In this document: piece by piece, positions 1 to 12,588 of the stretch
How the letters are laid out: the number at the start of each line of letters is the position of its first letter
Position numbering within the stretch: the stretch's first letter is position 1
Assembly (NCBI GenBank): GCA_904063045.1
Contig: CAJFCJ010000012.1
Coordinates: 1,984,001-2,048,000 of the forward strand
Source: Dimorphilus gyrociliatus
Lineage: Eukaryota > Animalia > Annelida
DNA: 64,000 bases
Reading direction: 5' to 3'
Program-made: the position numbers and the translations under genes
The notes under the pieces: model-generated
What the model was told of the DNA's origin: nothing
The model's input: the letters and a program-made list of their open reading frames with translations, nothing else
Database searches by the model: none

Positions 1-449
1 TATTTATTGAAAATTCAGACTCTTCTAAGATAGCCGGAGTAAGAGATGTTAATTTTGAGTCTATATAAGATTTTTCAGGATCTTTTGCTGCGCATACAGT
101 TTCGCAATTTATAACTGCAAAGTTATTATGCTCAGACAGCCAATTATTTGCTTTATCAATTAACTTCCTGAAATAGAAAATAGTGCCACTACTATATATT
201 AATTTAAATACATTATCAACTTGGATAATGGCCAATTTTTACTTACGAAAATGGCTCGTATCTTGTATTTGAGAATATATCATTATCCCTGATACAAACT
301 GGTAGAAAATCCATAAAAGTAACTCTTATATTAGGTATTGAGAAAGGAATTTGATGGAGTGCAATATCATTAGCGTGTGTCCGTACAACTTCGTTGTAAC
401 TTGGAGGTGGAAAATATTCCATAGAGGAACTTCTCGGTATAGAAAACAT
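1..449 (-). CDS. Array paralogue A (PPxY / 4-repeat family), 5' part only; runs off the left edge of the window
   Basis: Exon 1 encodes EYFPPPSY...VTFMDFLPVC...YEPFS. A GT-AG intron spans 246-168. Exon 2 encodes KLIDKANNWLSEHNNFAVINCETV, matching the other paralogues. The likely start is the ATG at 422 or 449. Confidence 0.85.
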
Positions 450-880
450 CTTCTATTATTCAAAGCTTTGGCTGAAATTCGAAAAAGAAGAACTAATTAA
501 CAATTATTCAGTGTTTGAATGGAATTTTAACATATCATTGCCTCTTTTATTGTAGTCATTCAATTCAATAGTATATAAGTAACAATTATTACGTGCTAAT
601 TAATTAATACTATGAGGAGAGGACATAATTTTTGGTTAACAATTATACCGATCTAGAAACAAATGCAAAGAGAAAGAAGGAGAGAAGTAAGAAGATGGAG
701 ATGGGGAATAGGGAATCCTTAAAAATTTATCATTTAAGTCTATTAAAACTTTAATTGACAATGGTTTATATATAAGCTAATAGAAAACTGATTCATACAT
801 TTTATAGGATAAAAAATCGTTCTTGAGTAATACTTACGATTGTAAAAAATAGAGAGACCTAGACTCATCAGCTTAGTAAC

Positions 881-890
881 ATCACGTGAT
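881..890. promoter_or_regulatory. Palindromic E-box ATCACGTGAT upstream of paralogue A
   Basis: 10-bp palindrome about 430-460 bp upstream of the A start, at a position similar to the GTCACGTGAC upstream of paralogue B. Confidence 0.35.
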
Positions 891-1106
891 TGTTGTTTGG
901 CTCCTGTTCCATGTTCGAAAAGTTACTAGTAGTACGTAATCTCTCTATTAGCTTCTTTTTTAATAAAAATTTAATAGATATATAAATTAAACAGTTAATT
1001 TATTATTTAATTTATTCATTTGAATATAAAAGCATTTAAGTAAAGGAAGTAAACCAAAAAACAAAATGGCAAGGTTTTCGTTACTCTAATGAAAGAAAAC
1101 ACAATT

Positions 1107-2836
1107 TCACAATAAACAGCACTCTTCGGCATCTTCGTAAATGCGAGGATGATTTGATAAAGGTATATAACCAGGGGGAGGTTCAGTGACAAGACCTTCA
1201 AAGAATATTCTAATACATGATATATAAGCATAGACTTCTGAATCCCCAGTGTAGCTTTGCATATCGTCGACTTTGGCTTTATATAAATAAGGTAAGGTTT
1301 CAGCATTTATAATCTTTGCCTTGGAATTATATTGAAGAAAAGGAAATATCTCTCTTCTTAATAAACTACTCATTGTCTCGAAAGTAGGTGAGCGTCCTTT
1401 TGCAGTTCTCGATTGTAATGCAGGTAGAAATGTTCTGCAGCTAATTGTAAAATCAGGTCTGGGTTCAGCATCAAAAGTACGAGTAAAGTATATTCTTATA
1501 AATCGAACATATGGCTTCAATGTATATTTAGTTCTAAAATATCCAGGATCGTAGGCTACATCTTCTCTTTTAGCTATGTTTATCATTAATGAATATTCAT
1601 ATAAATATTACAGTATACTGTAATATAAATTATTTACATACCTTTATTAAAGCTAACTTGAATGGTTTGTAAATTCAATATATTTATAAAAGAATTTGTT
1701 CTAACCCATGTTTGAATTCGAGACATTAAAGAGGTAAATGATTCATGCTTTCTGAAGTAAAAGCATGAACTATTCTGTATAACTGCTGGAATAAAGTCGG
1801 CGTTTTCTTTTCGTATGAAAAAAATAATATGATTTTTCAAATTTATTCTCTTTTAGTGAAATAAATACTCAACCAATTGGAATTCTAGGATCAGCCGATT
1901 GTCCTCTTATGTAATAGACCATCGTACATAAAGGAACGTGAAAGATTTTATCAGAATCTTCGTATTGCTTTAATCTGGTAATATTTAGAAAGTAGATAAG
2001 AATTAATGAATATTCATTAAGTTCATTTGAATATTTTTTGTAAAAGTAATATAATTTTACAAACTCTTCTGGATTTTTTTCTCTATTTAATCCAATCCTT
2101 TCAACATTATTAATACGACCTTCGACTGGACAAGCTTTATTTGTTGAATTAAATTTAATTAGTGTGTCATCATACGAATAATACGAGTATGAAGATGGCA
2201 TGGATTTATCTCTATTGGTGGGTTGAATGCAAGTATGACCAATCTGGTCGGCTTCTAGTGGCTCCCCTGGATTTTTTGATCGAAGATAGACTCTTTTAGG
2301 AAAAATAAAAGAAAAATATATCTCTTTATTAGCATTACAATACAATACGATATGATTACTTAAGCTTACCTAAGAAATTTTACTAAATTAAGATATTTAT
2401 ACTCAGTAGAAACTTCACCATTCTGTTCAGTTCTTGTTTGTGGAATCTGATAAGATTTATCTGTTTGTAATGGAAGAGATACGCCATCTTTTTGACAGCA
2501 CAAAACTTCACAATTTATAACTGCAAACGTTGCATTTTGCGCAAGCCATTCATTAGCTTCTTTAATTAGGATGCTAAAAGTAGAAAACATATATCAAGAA
2601 GCATTATTTAGAATGACAAACAACGTCAAATTTGTTTGTTTTGCATACCAAAATTTTTCATATTCGCATTTAAAGAATTTATTTTTTTCTATAAGACAAT
2701 TTGCTGTAAAATCGATAAACGTAAAGCGTAGATCTGATCCAGCTGATCTTAAAGATTGATTTGGATAGGAATTTTCTATTCCAGCTCCTTCGGCACGAAT
2801 AACTTCTTCGTAGCTTGGTGGTGGTGCATCAACCAT
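1107..2836 (-). CDS. Array paralogue B; PPPSY N-terminus, CCLL C-terminus
   Basis: Starts MVDAPPPSYEEV...FIDFTANC. Later exons carry ANEWLAQNATFAVINCE, GRINNVE, ADFIP..FTSLMSRIQTWV and REIFPFLQYNSKAKIINAE..IRIFFEG. Ends DAEECCLL* (TGA 1107-1109). Confidence 0.88.
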
Positions 2837-3185
2837 TCTGTTCTACTTTTGCTTCTTCCTCTTCCTCTTCTTTTTCTTCTATTTTTTCCTCTCTTCTATA
2901 TTCCTCCTTTGTTTTATATGTATCTGATTTTCGAATAATTCATTAATTTGCAATCTATCCAATTGATTTACAATGGGTTCGATTACAATTTATATGTATT
3001 CCTATTGAAAATATTATAAATAAGGTGACAGATGCCCTAAAATCAAATTTATCAATAAGCTATCATCCTGATTCTTTGTTTTAATATCTATATAGAGAGA
3101 GTTATTTATTTAGAAAATCGCAATGTATAAGACTCGGTTGTACAACACTTACCAGCCTATCTAGGAATTGATTCAATTTCATTTG

Positions 3186-3195
3186 GTCACGTGAC
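3186..3195. promoter_or_regulatory. GTCACGTGAC (CLEAR-type E-box) upstream of paralogue B
   Basis: Exact 10-bp palindrome 350 bp upstream of the B ATG; matches the established MiT/TFE CLEAR consensus. Confidence 0.4.
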
Positions 3196-4587
3196 ACTCT
3201 GGCTACAGGCTCCAGATTTTTTCAATTCTTTTCTCTTTCTCATAGATAAAATACTACTTTTTGTTTAGTTAATATATTTTTTGCAAAGAAGTGAACAACA
3301 AGCGAATCAAGTTTATTTATTAAAATAACTAAAATGTTATTAACATTAAGTGTATAGAAAGTGTACACAATTTTTAAGGTATTGCGCAATATTATCCAAA
3401 ACAATAACAAAAACAAAACAGATAATTTACATTCTCAGATAACGATATGGAATAGTAAAAACTTTTGTTTAGATAAAGTAAAATTATTGAGGAAAACATG
3501 GAAGAGAAAAGGTTGAAGGATATTGTTTCTTTTCTAGATTCGTAGGACTTTTCTCTCTCTCTATATATACATGTATATATATATACAGTATACAGTATAT
3601 ATATATATATATCTTAGTAATTTTCAATACACACATATATATGTATTGTATGGAAATAGAATACTTCTCTTAGCTCATATTCATCAAAGTAAATTTAATT
3701 CTCTTTTACAATTACTGGTACAAAACGTTTTAATTGTTAAAACAAATTGTAAGTTCCTTCAATAGACCTATTAATAGCTACGTTTAACTGGAAATGGTTA
3801 AAAAGTCTTCTATTTTAAAACGGTTACAGAAGAATTGATAAATATCTTTATTATTATAATAAGCAGATACTGCAAGGATTTCTGCAGTATATTGTCCATT
3901 ATATGAATAAATATTATATGTAATCTCTGTAATATATAGGTGAAACTTAAAGGAAGTTCAAACTATTGAGTTTTATTACGCCAATTCAATAATAAAAGGA
4001 ATAAAAAGAAATCTAATTTAGATTAATGACTAAAAGTTTGTCAAGTATCAACATCCATCTTATGAACTTGAATAGCTGGGTACTTTGAATTTTTGATTTT
4101 TAATAAAACTTTAGTGTTAAGTACGTTTAGATTGAAAATCAATAAGTAAATATTGGGAGAAACTCAAATAAATATTTGAGGATAATATTGATTACTCAGC
4201 CAATCGTACAAACTTTTAAAATATCCAATTCTTAGATGTATAAGTCATTTTTTCCCCCTATTTAAACTCTGATTCATATTGCTTTTCTGCTGTTGTCATA
4301 GAGAAGAGAGAGAGAGAGAGAGATAGAGGTATAAACTCTTTCAAGCATTTTAATAAATATTACTTTATCGACGAGATAATACTGTGAAAAAAGAATAGCT
4401 TAATTATAAACAGGCCTAGGAATTAATTAATATTAAAAAGGAATAATTAATTAACGTAATAGAAAAAATTGTTTATTGAATGACATTAACAGTGATTAGA
4501 GTAGAAAGAAAAGGAATATATTAATAAGTTAAATATTTAAACAATGTTATGACAGTTTTCTTTTTCAGTCATAGGCGACAATAGATG

Positions 4588-5600
4588 TTAGATATAACCG
4601 AGTAGAGAATCTTCTATTGTTCCGTTAAAGTATACCCCTTAAACACAATACTAAACAGTAATCATATAGGAGAACTCCAACTTTAGGGAACAACTTCAAA
4701 ATTGATGACTTCCGCTTTAGAATTATAGCATAGAAAGAGTATTATTTACCTTTTGAAGGAATACATCCGATGTTTCGTATCCATCATAATAGTTTCTACT
4801 TTCCTATATAATAACAGGATTAGAAGTCACATATATTAAATCTATCTATCTTCTAATACGAATACTACTAGATTTTTGTAAGATTATTTAAATATAATAA
4901 ATGTCTATGTGGCAAGCCAAAGTCTTAATCTATTCATAATTGATAGTAAATTTTCATATTCATTGCATACATTTAAACCATTTCCTTTTAATATATAGAG
5001 AATAAATTATTCAATATACTTAAATAAAACTTGAATTTATTCATATAAAAGATAAAAAACCTATTCTTTTACCTATTGGACAATCGTGTAGGAAAGAGAG
5101 TCGAGTATGCATACATTCAATACAAGAATCAATTGATTCGTAGAATTCTGTTCTTTAAAAAGAATAAGAAAACAGATTAATAAATAAAATATGAATAAAT
5201 TAATACAGCTTTACTACATTTCGGAATCTGTGAGAGTTAATTGTCCATTCAATTCAATAGTTTAAATATTCAATATTTTTCCAGATATTTGATATGCTTG
5301 GAAATATTTATTTAATGGCTATAGTGTATTTTTTTGAGTGAAAATATCCTATCTTCTTTCTTTGATTATCCTTAGGAGAATATCGAAAAATCCTTTGCAA
5401 TTGGCTTGTTGAGAGTCTTTTACCTGTTTTCTTTTGATGTATAATCTTTGTTTATAGACAGTATATATGTATTTATTTTTACTAAGGAAGACCTTGATAT
5501 CAACTATTTACCTTAAAGATTTAATTATATTAGGTGAGAAATTATCTTCTGAACCGTCATTCGGTTCTACTTCGCCTTTTAAGGTACAGGGCTAGATTCC
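4588..5600 (-). pseudogene. Degenerate array paralogue (psi-1), absent from the ORF track
   Basis: Manual minus-strand translation gives SPNIIKSLR|gt, IGYF, SGKILNI*TIEL (TAA 5262-5264), EYENLLSIMNRLRLWL, YNSKAEVINFEVVP* and VYFNGTIEDSLLGYI*. All are collinear with family motifs but broken by stops and frameshifts. Confidence 0.8.
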
Positions 5601-5710
5601 TTCATCAAACAAAACTAAAAAGCTAATTAATTACATAGATATATGTATTTAAATAGTGTATTTGAAAAATTTGTAAAAAATCCCAGTAACAAAATAATAA
5701 CATACTCTTT

Positions 5711-7327
5711 TTACAGTATATTACAGTTTTTAGATGTCTCCACCTCCTTTGGATGCTGTACATTTCCTAAAACAATTGCTGGCGGTTCTTGAATAGTTCC
5801 ATGAAAATATATTCTAACACTTGAAATTAATGTAACATATTTAGTTGGAGGAAAAATTGGTATTATTTCGAAATTGATCACTTTTGCATTAGAATTATAG
5901 TTGATAAATGGTAATATTTCCCTTTTATACAATAAATCAAAAGTTTCATATTCATCCGAGTTTGTTGGTTTATTGACAGTAATAGCTGGAGTAAAATTTC
6001 TCCATGTCAAATTAATAGGCTTATAAGTACAAGAACCAGGTTCACTTGCGTAGAATACACGAATTATTCGAAAATGTGGAGTTAGAGCGTACTTTGATTT
6101 TATATATTCACACTTTTGAGATGCACCAGTTTTTAATGCTAAATCATGATTATAAGAAATGAATATGAACAGTTGAAAACCTATTTAAAACGGTTTTTAC
6201 CTCCTCTATCGTCTACATTAATAGTTTGTATGTTTGTAATTCTTATTCCGGTTTGAGATTTTACCCAATTTCTAACTTTTACCAATACTACTTCATCAGT
6301 TTCGTAGTCATTTGAAGAGCAGCATCCTCCCACTTTAGTAATAGACGGGATAAAATCTTTACATCCTAGAGAGAAAGAATACTATTAAAATGAATGTTAA
6401 ACACTATGTAGGAAGTAAAAACCAACCGATACTTTCCCGGGAAGATTGTCCCTGTTGTAGAAAGTAGACACGTAGAATGGATAGTTTATGTTCAGTACTA
6501 CTATTATCTTCTTGAAATCCTGTTCTATAGAGATGTTAAATTAATTTTGAAGGAGGTTATCCTTAATTAATACAACCTATCTTCATTATAATGGTGTCCA
6601 TCTCTTGGAATACTTATATTCTCCATATTAAGAATTTTTCCAGGAAAAAAGCTGTCTTTTAAAGATTCGTTAAAGTTTTGCATTGTTTTATTAAAACTTT
6701 CAAATTTTGGTTCAGTACAGCAGCCGCTGGTTATCATTTCAGGTATAGCATTGATATATGATATATGATTTGAGTCCATAGGCTCATTATTCGTTTTAAA
6801 TCGAACGTATAATCTATTCATTTTATATGAATAAATTAAATAAATTATTAGACATGTTTAGTTTTGAATACCTCAAACAATAAACAATATCTAGATCGTA
6901 TTTTACGTAACCACTATGAGAAATTTCATTAACGTTGAATTTGGTTGATTGAGAATTTACAGCCGTTCCAATATCAACCTTTGAATCTCTAGTTACTCCA
7001 AAAGTTTCGCATTGATCTACAGCATAGTGATCATTTTCTGTTAGCCATTGATTTGCCTTTTTCACAAGTTCTCTGATAATTGAAAGAAAACAAACAATTT
7101 TACCTTTAAACAATGAATACACCACATATATATACTGTATATATATATGCTTATAGGTCAGATTAATACCGGAAATCCTCGAATTTTGGTGATGAAAAAA
7201 TTTTACTACTTTGTGTACAAATAGGTACAAAATCAATATAAAACCTATCCATAGCAATGTTAAATTCTTCACGATTGAAACTAATCCTCGCTGTACTATC
7301 CTTAAATAATAAGCCAGAAGTAGTCAT
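5711..7327 (-). CDS. Array paralogue C; no PPxY, CNIL C-terminus
   Basis: ATG 7327 starts MTTSGLLFK...FYIDFVPICTQSSKIFSSPKFEDFR|gt. Later exons carry ANQWLTEND, PGKILNME, GCKDFIP..VRNWV and REILPFINYNSNAKVINFE. Ends SKNCNIL*. Confidence 0.85.
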
Positions 7328-8158
7328 CGCCTGATAATCTTTTGATATTAACGTTAATACAGAGAGGTGTTTTGCGTTTTCAAGCGGTTTGTTAGGAAAT
7401 AAATGAGAGAAGGGGGAAGGGCTGTTGTGCGAAGGATTTATTTAATTATAACAAAGAGAAAATATGGCCAAAGATTTGACATGAATTGTCAAGCTCTATA
7501 CCACGTATTGTACACAATTTACTGATTAAAAGGAAGGTTTAATGCTTTTTTCTAAATTATTAATACTATATACAGAGAGATATTGTGGCTTTTCAATAAC
7601 ATTTTTAAATAAGTGCCGTTAATCTCAATAGAAAAATCACTTTTACTAAATTGTCAATTAACACATTACAAACAGTAATGGTCTAATAGAGAGGGTAAAA
7701 TAATAGTCTTTCTCTTATATTCACTATCAAGGCTCTTCATAGGGGTAAGATTTATGAATATATCAAATAAGATATTTTGCAGAAAGCGTCCTTGTAAAAC
7801 TCTTTAAAAAAATATTATTTCCACTGACCTTGTGAATATTCATGTTATTCAATATGACTTTTTGGGGAAATTATACGTCATCTATTTTCGTTTGTCATTT
7901 TTTCTCTGAAAATTCCAATTAGGCATAAATTGATATAAGTTTCTTATTTAAAGATTTATGGTTCTATGAATTCTTATAAAAGTAATAGTATAAACATTTT
8001 GTCATGATAAAGAGAGTATCATTTGTTACTACGCTGTTCATATCTTTTAAACCTTAGATTTTATGTCTGCTTATGATAGTAAAATATCCTTAAACATTCT
8101 TTATTAATCCACATATTTTATTCTCTTATTCTGAATATAAACTGTTCTTAAGGAATTA

Positions 8159-9634
8159 ATGGATTCACCACCATCGTATATTGAAGCTATTTCCGCTTAT
8201 TTTAAGTGTAGATTCGTTGATTTCGCACCTATATGCATAAAAGGTAAAGATCTATTTTCGCCACCAAAATATGAACCATTTAGGTTTGTAACTTTTTAAC
8301 TGTTTATAAATAGTTTTTAAAATTGCCCTTTATCGTAAATTATAGCTAATTAATAGGAAAAGCTAATCAATGGTTAAGTGAACTTCTTCGTTGAAGGATG
8401 TGAAACTATTGTAGTAAAACGAAAACCAAAAGAGAATTGCTACAGTTGTCATTATTAAACGTTTAAGATAGTTTTGATTAAATTATTTTTCGATTAAAAA
8501 CGAGTTAAGAATCAGACGAACCACATCAAATTGGATATTTAAGCATAATACCACAGCTTATCTCTTCTAAAGGACTGTTTAGTATTGCAAAATACGATAG
8601 TTATGATAAAGCTCTAAATGATTTTCACAACATAATCCTGAATAAAAATCCAACACCTGGAAAGATTCTTAATATTGAAGTTGTTGCTATAAATAAAAGT
8701 ACCAATGATGTAGAAGACGCTGATGGGTAGATTAAATTCAACTAGTTTATAATAATATAGTTTAAATATAAATTGCACTTAACAGAAGCCTTCTTGCAGA
8801 AGATGCTAAGCCTAACGGATTTGTATCAACAATTTTTAGACTGTTTTATTTAAATGGACCTCGTTTATATGAGAAAATTGGTCTTTTCAATCAATTTCGT
8901 CCTTTTATTATTCTAGTAAACAAAGCGTTATCCCATTTACTTAGGATCGGCAGATTTTCGTCCTGCAGTCATTACTCGGGGTGGAATTTTTTCGAAGCAT
9001 AAATTTTAAACATTATCCGACACAATACGAAAACCAAATGGATGGATTTCTTCTCAGAGAACACTTCGAGTAACCAATTTACAAACACTCAATATTGATT
9101 ATAGTAAAGGTTATAAACAAACCATAATATTTTAAAATTTATATATTTATTTATTCTTCAATCATCTATACAGCATTGAAGTCAAACATCACCGATAGAA
9201 TTGATTATACGCTATCTAAACATTCTTTAGGATATTTTTTCAATGTTATTAGGGTATTCTATGTTACTGGACAAGATAGTCGAGTTGATTATCCCATTAA
9301 TGTATCGTGTAGAGTGTTTCTGCCTGCGGTATTGGTTACAAAACTGCTTAATCGTCATGTTTTTGAAACATATGATGAATTGTATTCAAGAGAAATCTTG
9401 CCATTCATAACATATAATTCACATGCTAAAGTTATTAATTATGAAATTGTTCCTGCATATCCACAAGACGATCCACAAATTATGTCTCATACGAGAATAG
9501 ACAAAGGCGCAGTTCTGATAGTTGCAAGCGTGAGAGTGTATTTTAATGAAAATATAAGAGAACCGCCTATCGGCGTTATCCAACCTAAACCAATTCCTAT
9601 TCGCGAAGATGCTGGCCGTTACTCTATGTCCTAG
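8159..9634 (+). pseudogene. Array paralogue D, pseudogenised
   Basis: Exon 1 (MDSPPSY...DFAPIC...YEPFR) is intact. Lesions: in-frame TAA at 8347, 8506 and 9007; an ~8-nt frameshifting deletion near 8383 relative to paralogue G; donor changed to AT at 8468; terminal Cys residues lost (ends GRYSMS*). Confidence 0.85.
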
Positions 9635-10403
9635 ATATTCCAGTTTGTGCAAGGCCTATAGAACTTAAGAAACAAGCTTTTCTATTTGATTAAAGGGGTA
9701 TGCAGGAAAGAGATTGTTGAAAGTATTAATTAAGGAAATAGTTGTATCGAAATAAGGCTGAAGAAATGTTCAGAGATATCCTAGAGCACGATGAGGCCTT
9801 AATGTGACGCTTTAAGGAGAGAAATCAGAATCAAAGAAGAGATTTATAATTTTTTAGTAGAGATTTCTTACTTCAATCTCTTCCCTTTGTTTAAATGTTA
9901 CAGATTAATAGAAAAACTGTAAATTAGCATTAAGCGACTGTTCTTTTGTATTATTCTTTTTTGTAAACTACTATCTTGTAACTGTCTTTTACGTTATCTG
10001 TCATAATTTATGACATTTACACTTAAGTTAATATTAAGATAAAATATCCTTTATCTCCTTTGATCTATTACAATTGATCAATAAGCGTTAATCTTATTTT
10101 TGATGTTTCTTCAAAAAGACAATAGAAGAGTCAAGTACTCTTATTGCAGACTCTCATAGTCTAAATGTAATATGTTCACTTCTCCACCAACTATATCATA
10201 CCATAGGTTTTTCCTATTATTTCTTATTCAGAATTTTCTCTAAATGTTATTTAATAGGACTAATAATAGAGATAAGTTAGCTTTATAGTTGCAAACAAAT
10301 AGAGCAGAAGATGCATTTAATTAAATCATATTGTATTAATTGAATACATTCATAAAGAGTTTACAAACAAAATGAAGATGAAAAGAAAAGGATAAAGAAT
10401 TAA

Positions 10404-12116
10404 TTATGTAATTACGCATGTTTTAGATACTGTAGATTTTGGTAATGCTGGCTTAGGGGATGGTGACGTTGTTGGCAGAGTTTGTAATGGAGTTGATGGT
10501 GGTGGAGCTTGTGATGGGGTAGTTGATAGCGGTGGAGGTGATGGTGAGGGAGTTGGTGGTAGGGGAGTTGGTGGTAGGGGAGTTGGTATTTCATAATAGC
10601 CAATTGGAGGTTCTTGAATTCGACCGTCAAAATATATTCTAACGTATTTCACTAATGTTAAACTTTTCCTATTTTTAGAAGACATGGTTTCACCATCTTC
10701 AGAAGAAGATATGTAGATTGGTACCATTTCTATATTTATTATACCAACGGCCAAATTATAGCGAATAAATGGTAAAATTTCTCTGTTATACAACGTTTCA
10801 AAACGTTCGTATTCATCCATATCCAATGATTTTTTTACACAGCAAGGTATGAACACTCTATAAGTCAGAGATATTGGCGTTTCAAGAGGCGTCGTTAGAG
10901 TAGTATAATAGACTCTAATTACTTGAACATAAAAAAGTGTACAATATTTTGATTGGATATTTTGCGTATTATCATTTATATCAGTACTTCCAACTGCCGA
11001 TTATTTTAAAGAGATTGTTAATATATTTCTGAATTTATAATATATATTTGATAAACTATTACCTTTATCATATTCAACGAAAAGCGTTTGTACGTTTATC
11101 ACACGTATATTCAATTGCGAACTAACCCATTTCGATACTTTTTCCATAGTTTGTGAAAAGTTCTCGTAAATGTGATTTCCAAATAAAAAATCATTTTTAA
11201 TTCGTTTCGGTACAAAATCTTTACATCCTGAAATATTTATCTATATAAATATCTTTAAACAGTTTTATCTTTTCACTCTCTTACCAATTTGCTCTTTTGG
11301 ACATTCAACATTTTCGTAAAATATCCTTATAAAGCTATTCTTTGGACGAAATTTACTTTTTTCACTTTCCTCAAATGCTACGCTATTGAAAATTGAAAGA
11401 AATAACAAAGAATTTCTATTAGATTATAAACGCTCAAAAATATTAATATATATATTTACCCATCATAGTTTGTATCGATAGTATCTATGTAGGCAACTTG
11501 GGTTTCCATATTTAGAATTTTTCCTGGAATCAGTTCACTTTTCGAAGTTGTATTAAATCGTTTTATAGCTTCAGTTATATTCTCCGGTGTTTTGTTCGAC
11601 CATAATAAAGATAGCTTTAACTTTGGAACTAAGTTATAATATCCTATTTGACTTGGTATTTCCGATTCATTTTCATCCTTGAATCGATAGTAGATGCGTA
11701 AACAATTAACTATTTTACAGGTTGGATACTTCTTTTTATCTTCGTCACCTTGAACGAGAAGTTTACAGTAGTCTGGATTAACTGTTGTTCCAATATTGTA
11801 TGATGCATTTGGCAGAGTTGCTCCAATACTTTCGCAACCCGTTACCCTATACATGTTTTCAGTACGTAACCATGCGTTAGCATCATCTACCAAATCACTA
11901 AAAAAACAAAAGTATATTGCTTGAAAAACAATGAAACGATTGTTAATTTTAATATTAAAACCTAAGTGATTGGTATATAGTTGCGGAGAAATCATTTGAG
12001 TCTTTTATACATTTAGGAATGAAATCCTTATATAAACATCTGAATATGTTTACTACAGCAGATCTTGCCATCATATCGACAAGGATTTCTGCATTGTCTC
12101 CAGGCATGTCAGACAT
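10404..12116 (-). CDS. Array paralogue E; no PPxY, Pro/Thr/Ser-rich linker before a CVIT C-terminus
   Basis: ATG 12116 starts MSDMPGDNAE...YKDFIPKC..YQSLR|gt. Later exons carry ANAWLRTEN, PGKILNME, GCKDFVP..VSKWV and REILPFIRYN. Ends SKTCVIT*. Confidence 0.85.
10547..10587. repeat. 15-bp coding tandem repeat (about 2.7 copies) encoding PTPLP in paralogue E
   Basis: The unit ggggagttggtggta is repeated directly. Confidence 0.8.
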
Positions 12117-12588
12117 AATCTCTTTGAAAATACAATGTCAAAGAAACGAACGGAGAGCGAAGTATATATATATATATGTTTAATATATTACTTGACTAAA
12201 AAGAAAGATAGCTTATCGATATCTATCGTGTTAATGTTATCTAAAAAGATATTCTGTACAGCAAACACCATCTTATATTGTTTTATAGTTTGTTATATTT
12301 ATTCAATCTAAATACTCTCTATATATAGAGAAAACCGAAAGTAGAAAACAACTTTTATATGCAGGTAGCTTCACTTTGTTGAATTAAGTATTAAATCTGA
12401 TACACGACCAGAAATATTAGCATACAAAAATGTTCTTATGGGAATATCTGAATCATACAATGCTTAGGGGAATTTAGGTGGCGCAAATGATTTCATATAT
12501 AAATAATTTCGTCATATTCAATATATTTAAACATTTGCACTTATACAATATACAGCATAATACTCGTACAGGACAATAAGATAGCATA

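Noticed and set aside
3660-4260. Faint minus-strand coding-like fragments (RFVPVIVKEN*..FDEYELR) resembling a family exon 1
   Set aside because: Too short and interrupted to distinguish from chance by eye; needs tblastn.
5262-9009. TAA codons aligned with Glu (GAA) in psi-1 and D, suggesting stop-codon reassignment or readthrough
   Set aside because: The same copies also have frameshifts, deletions and a lost splice donor, and TAA is the real terminator of C, E, RPL7 and GST. G-to-T decay in an AT-rich genome explains the pattern.
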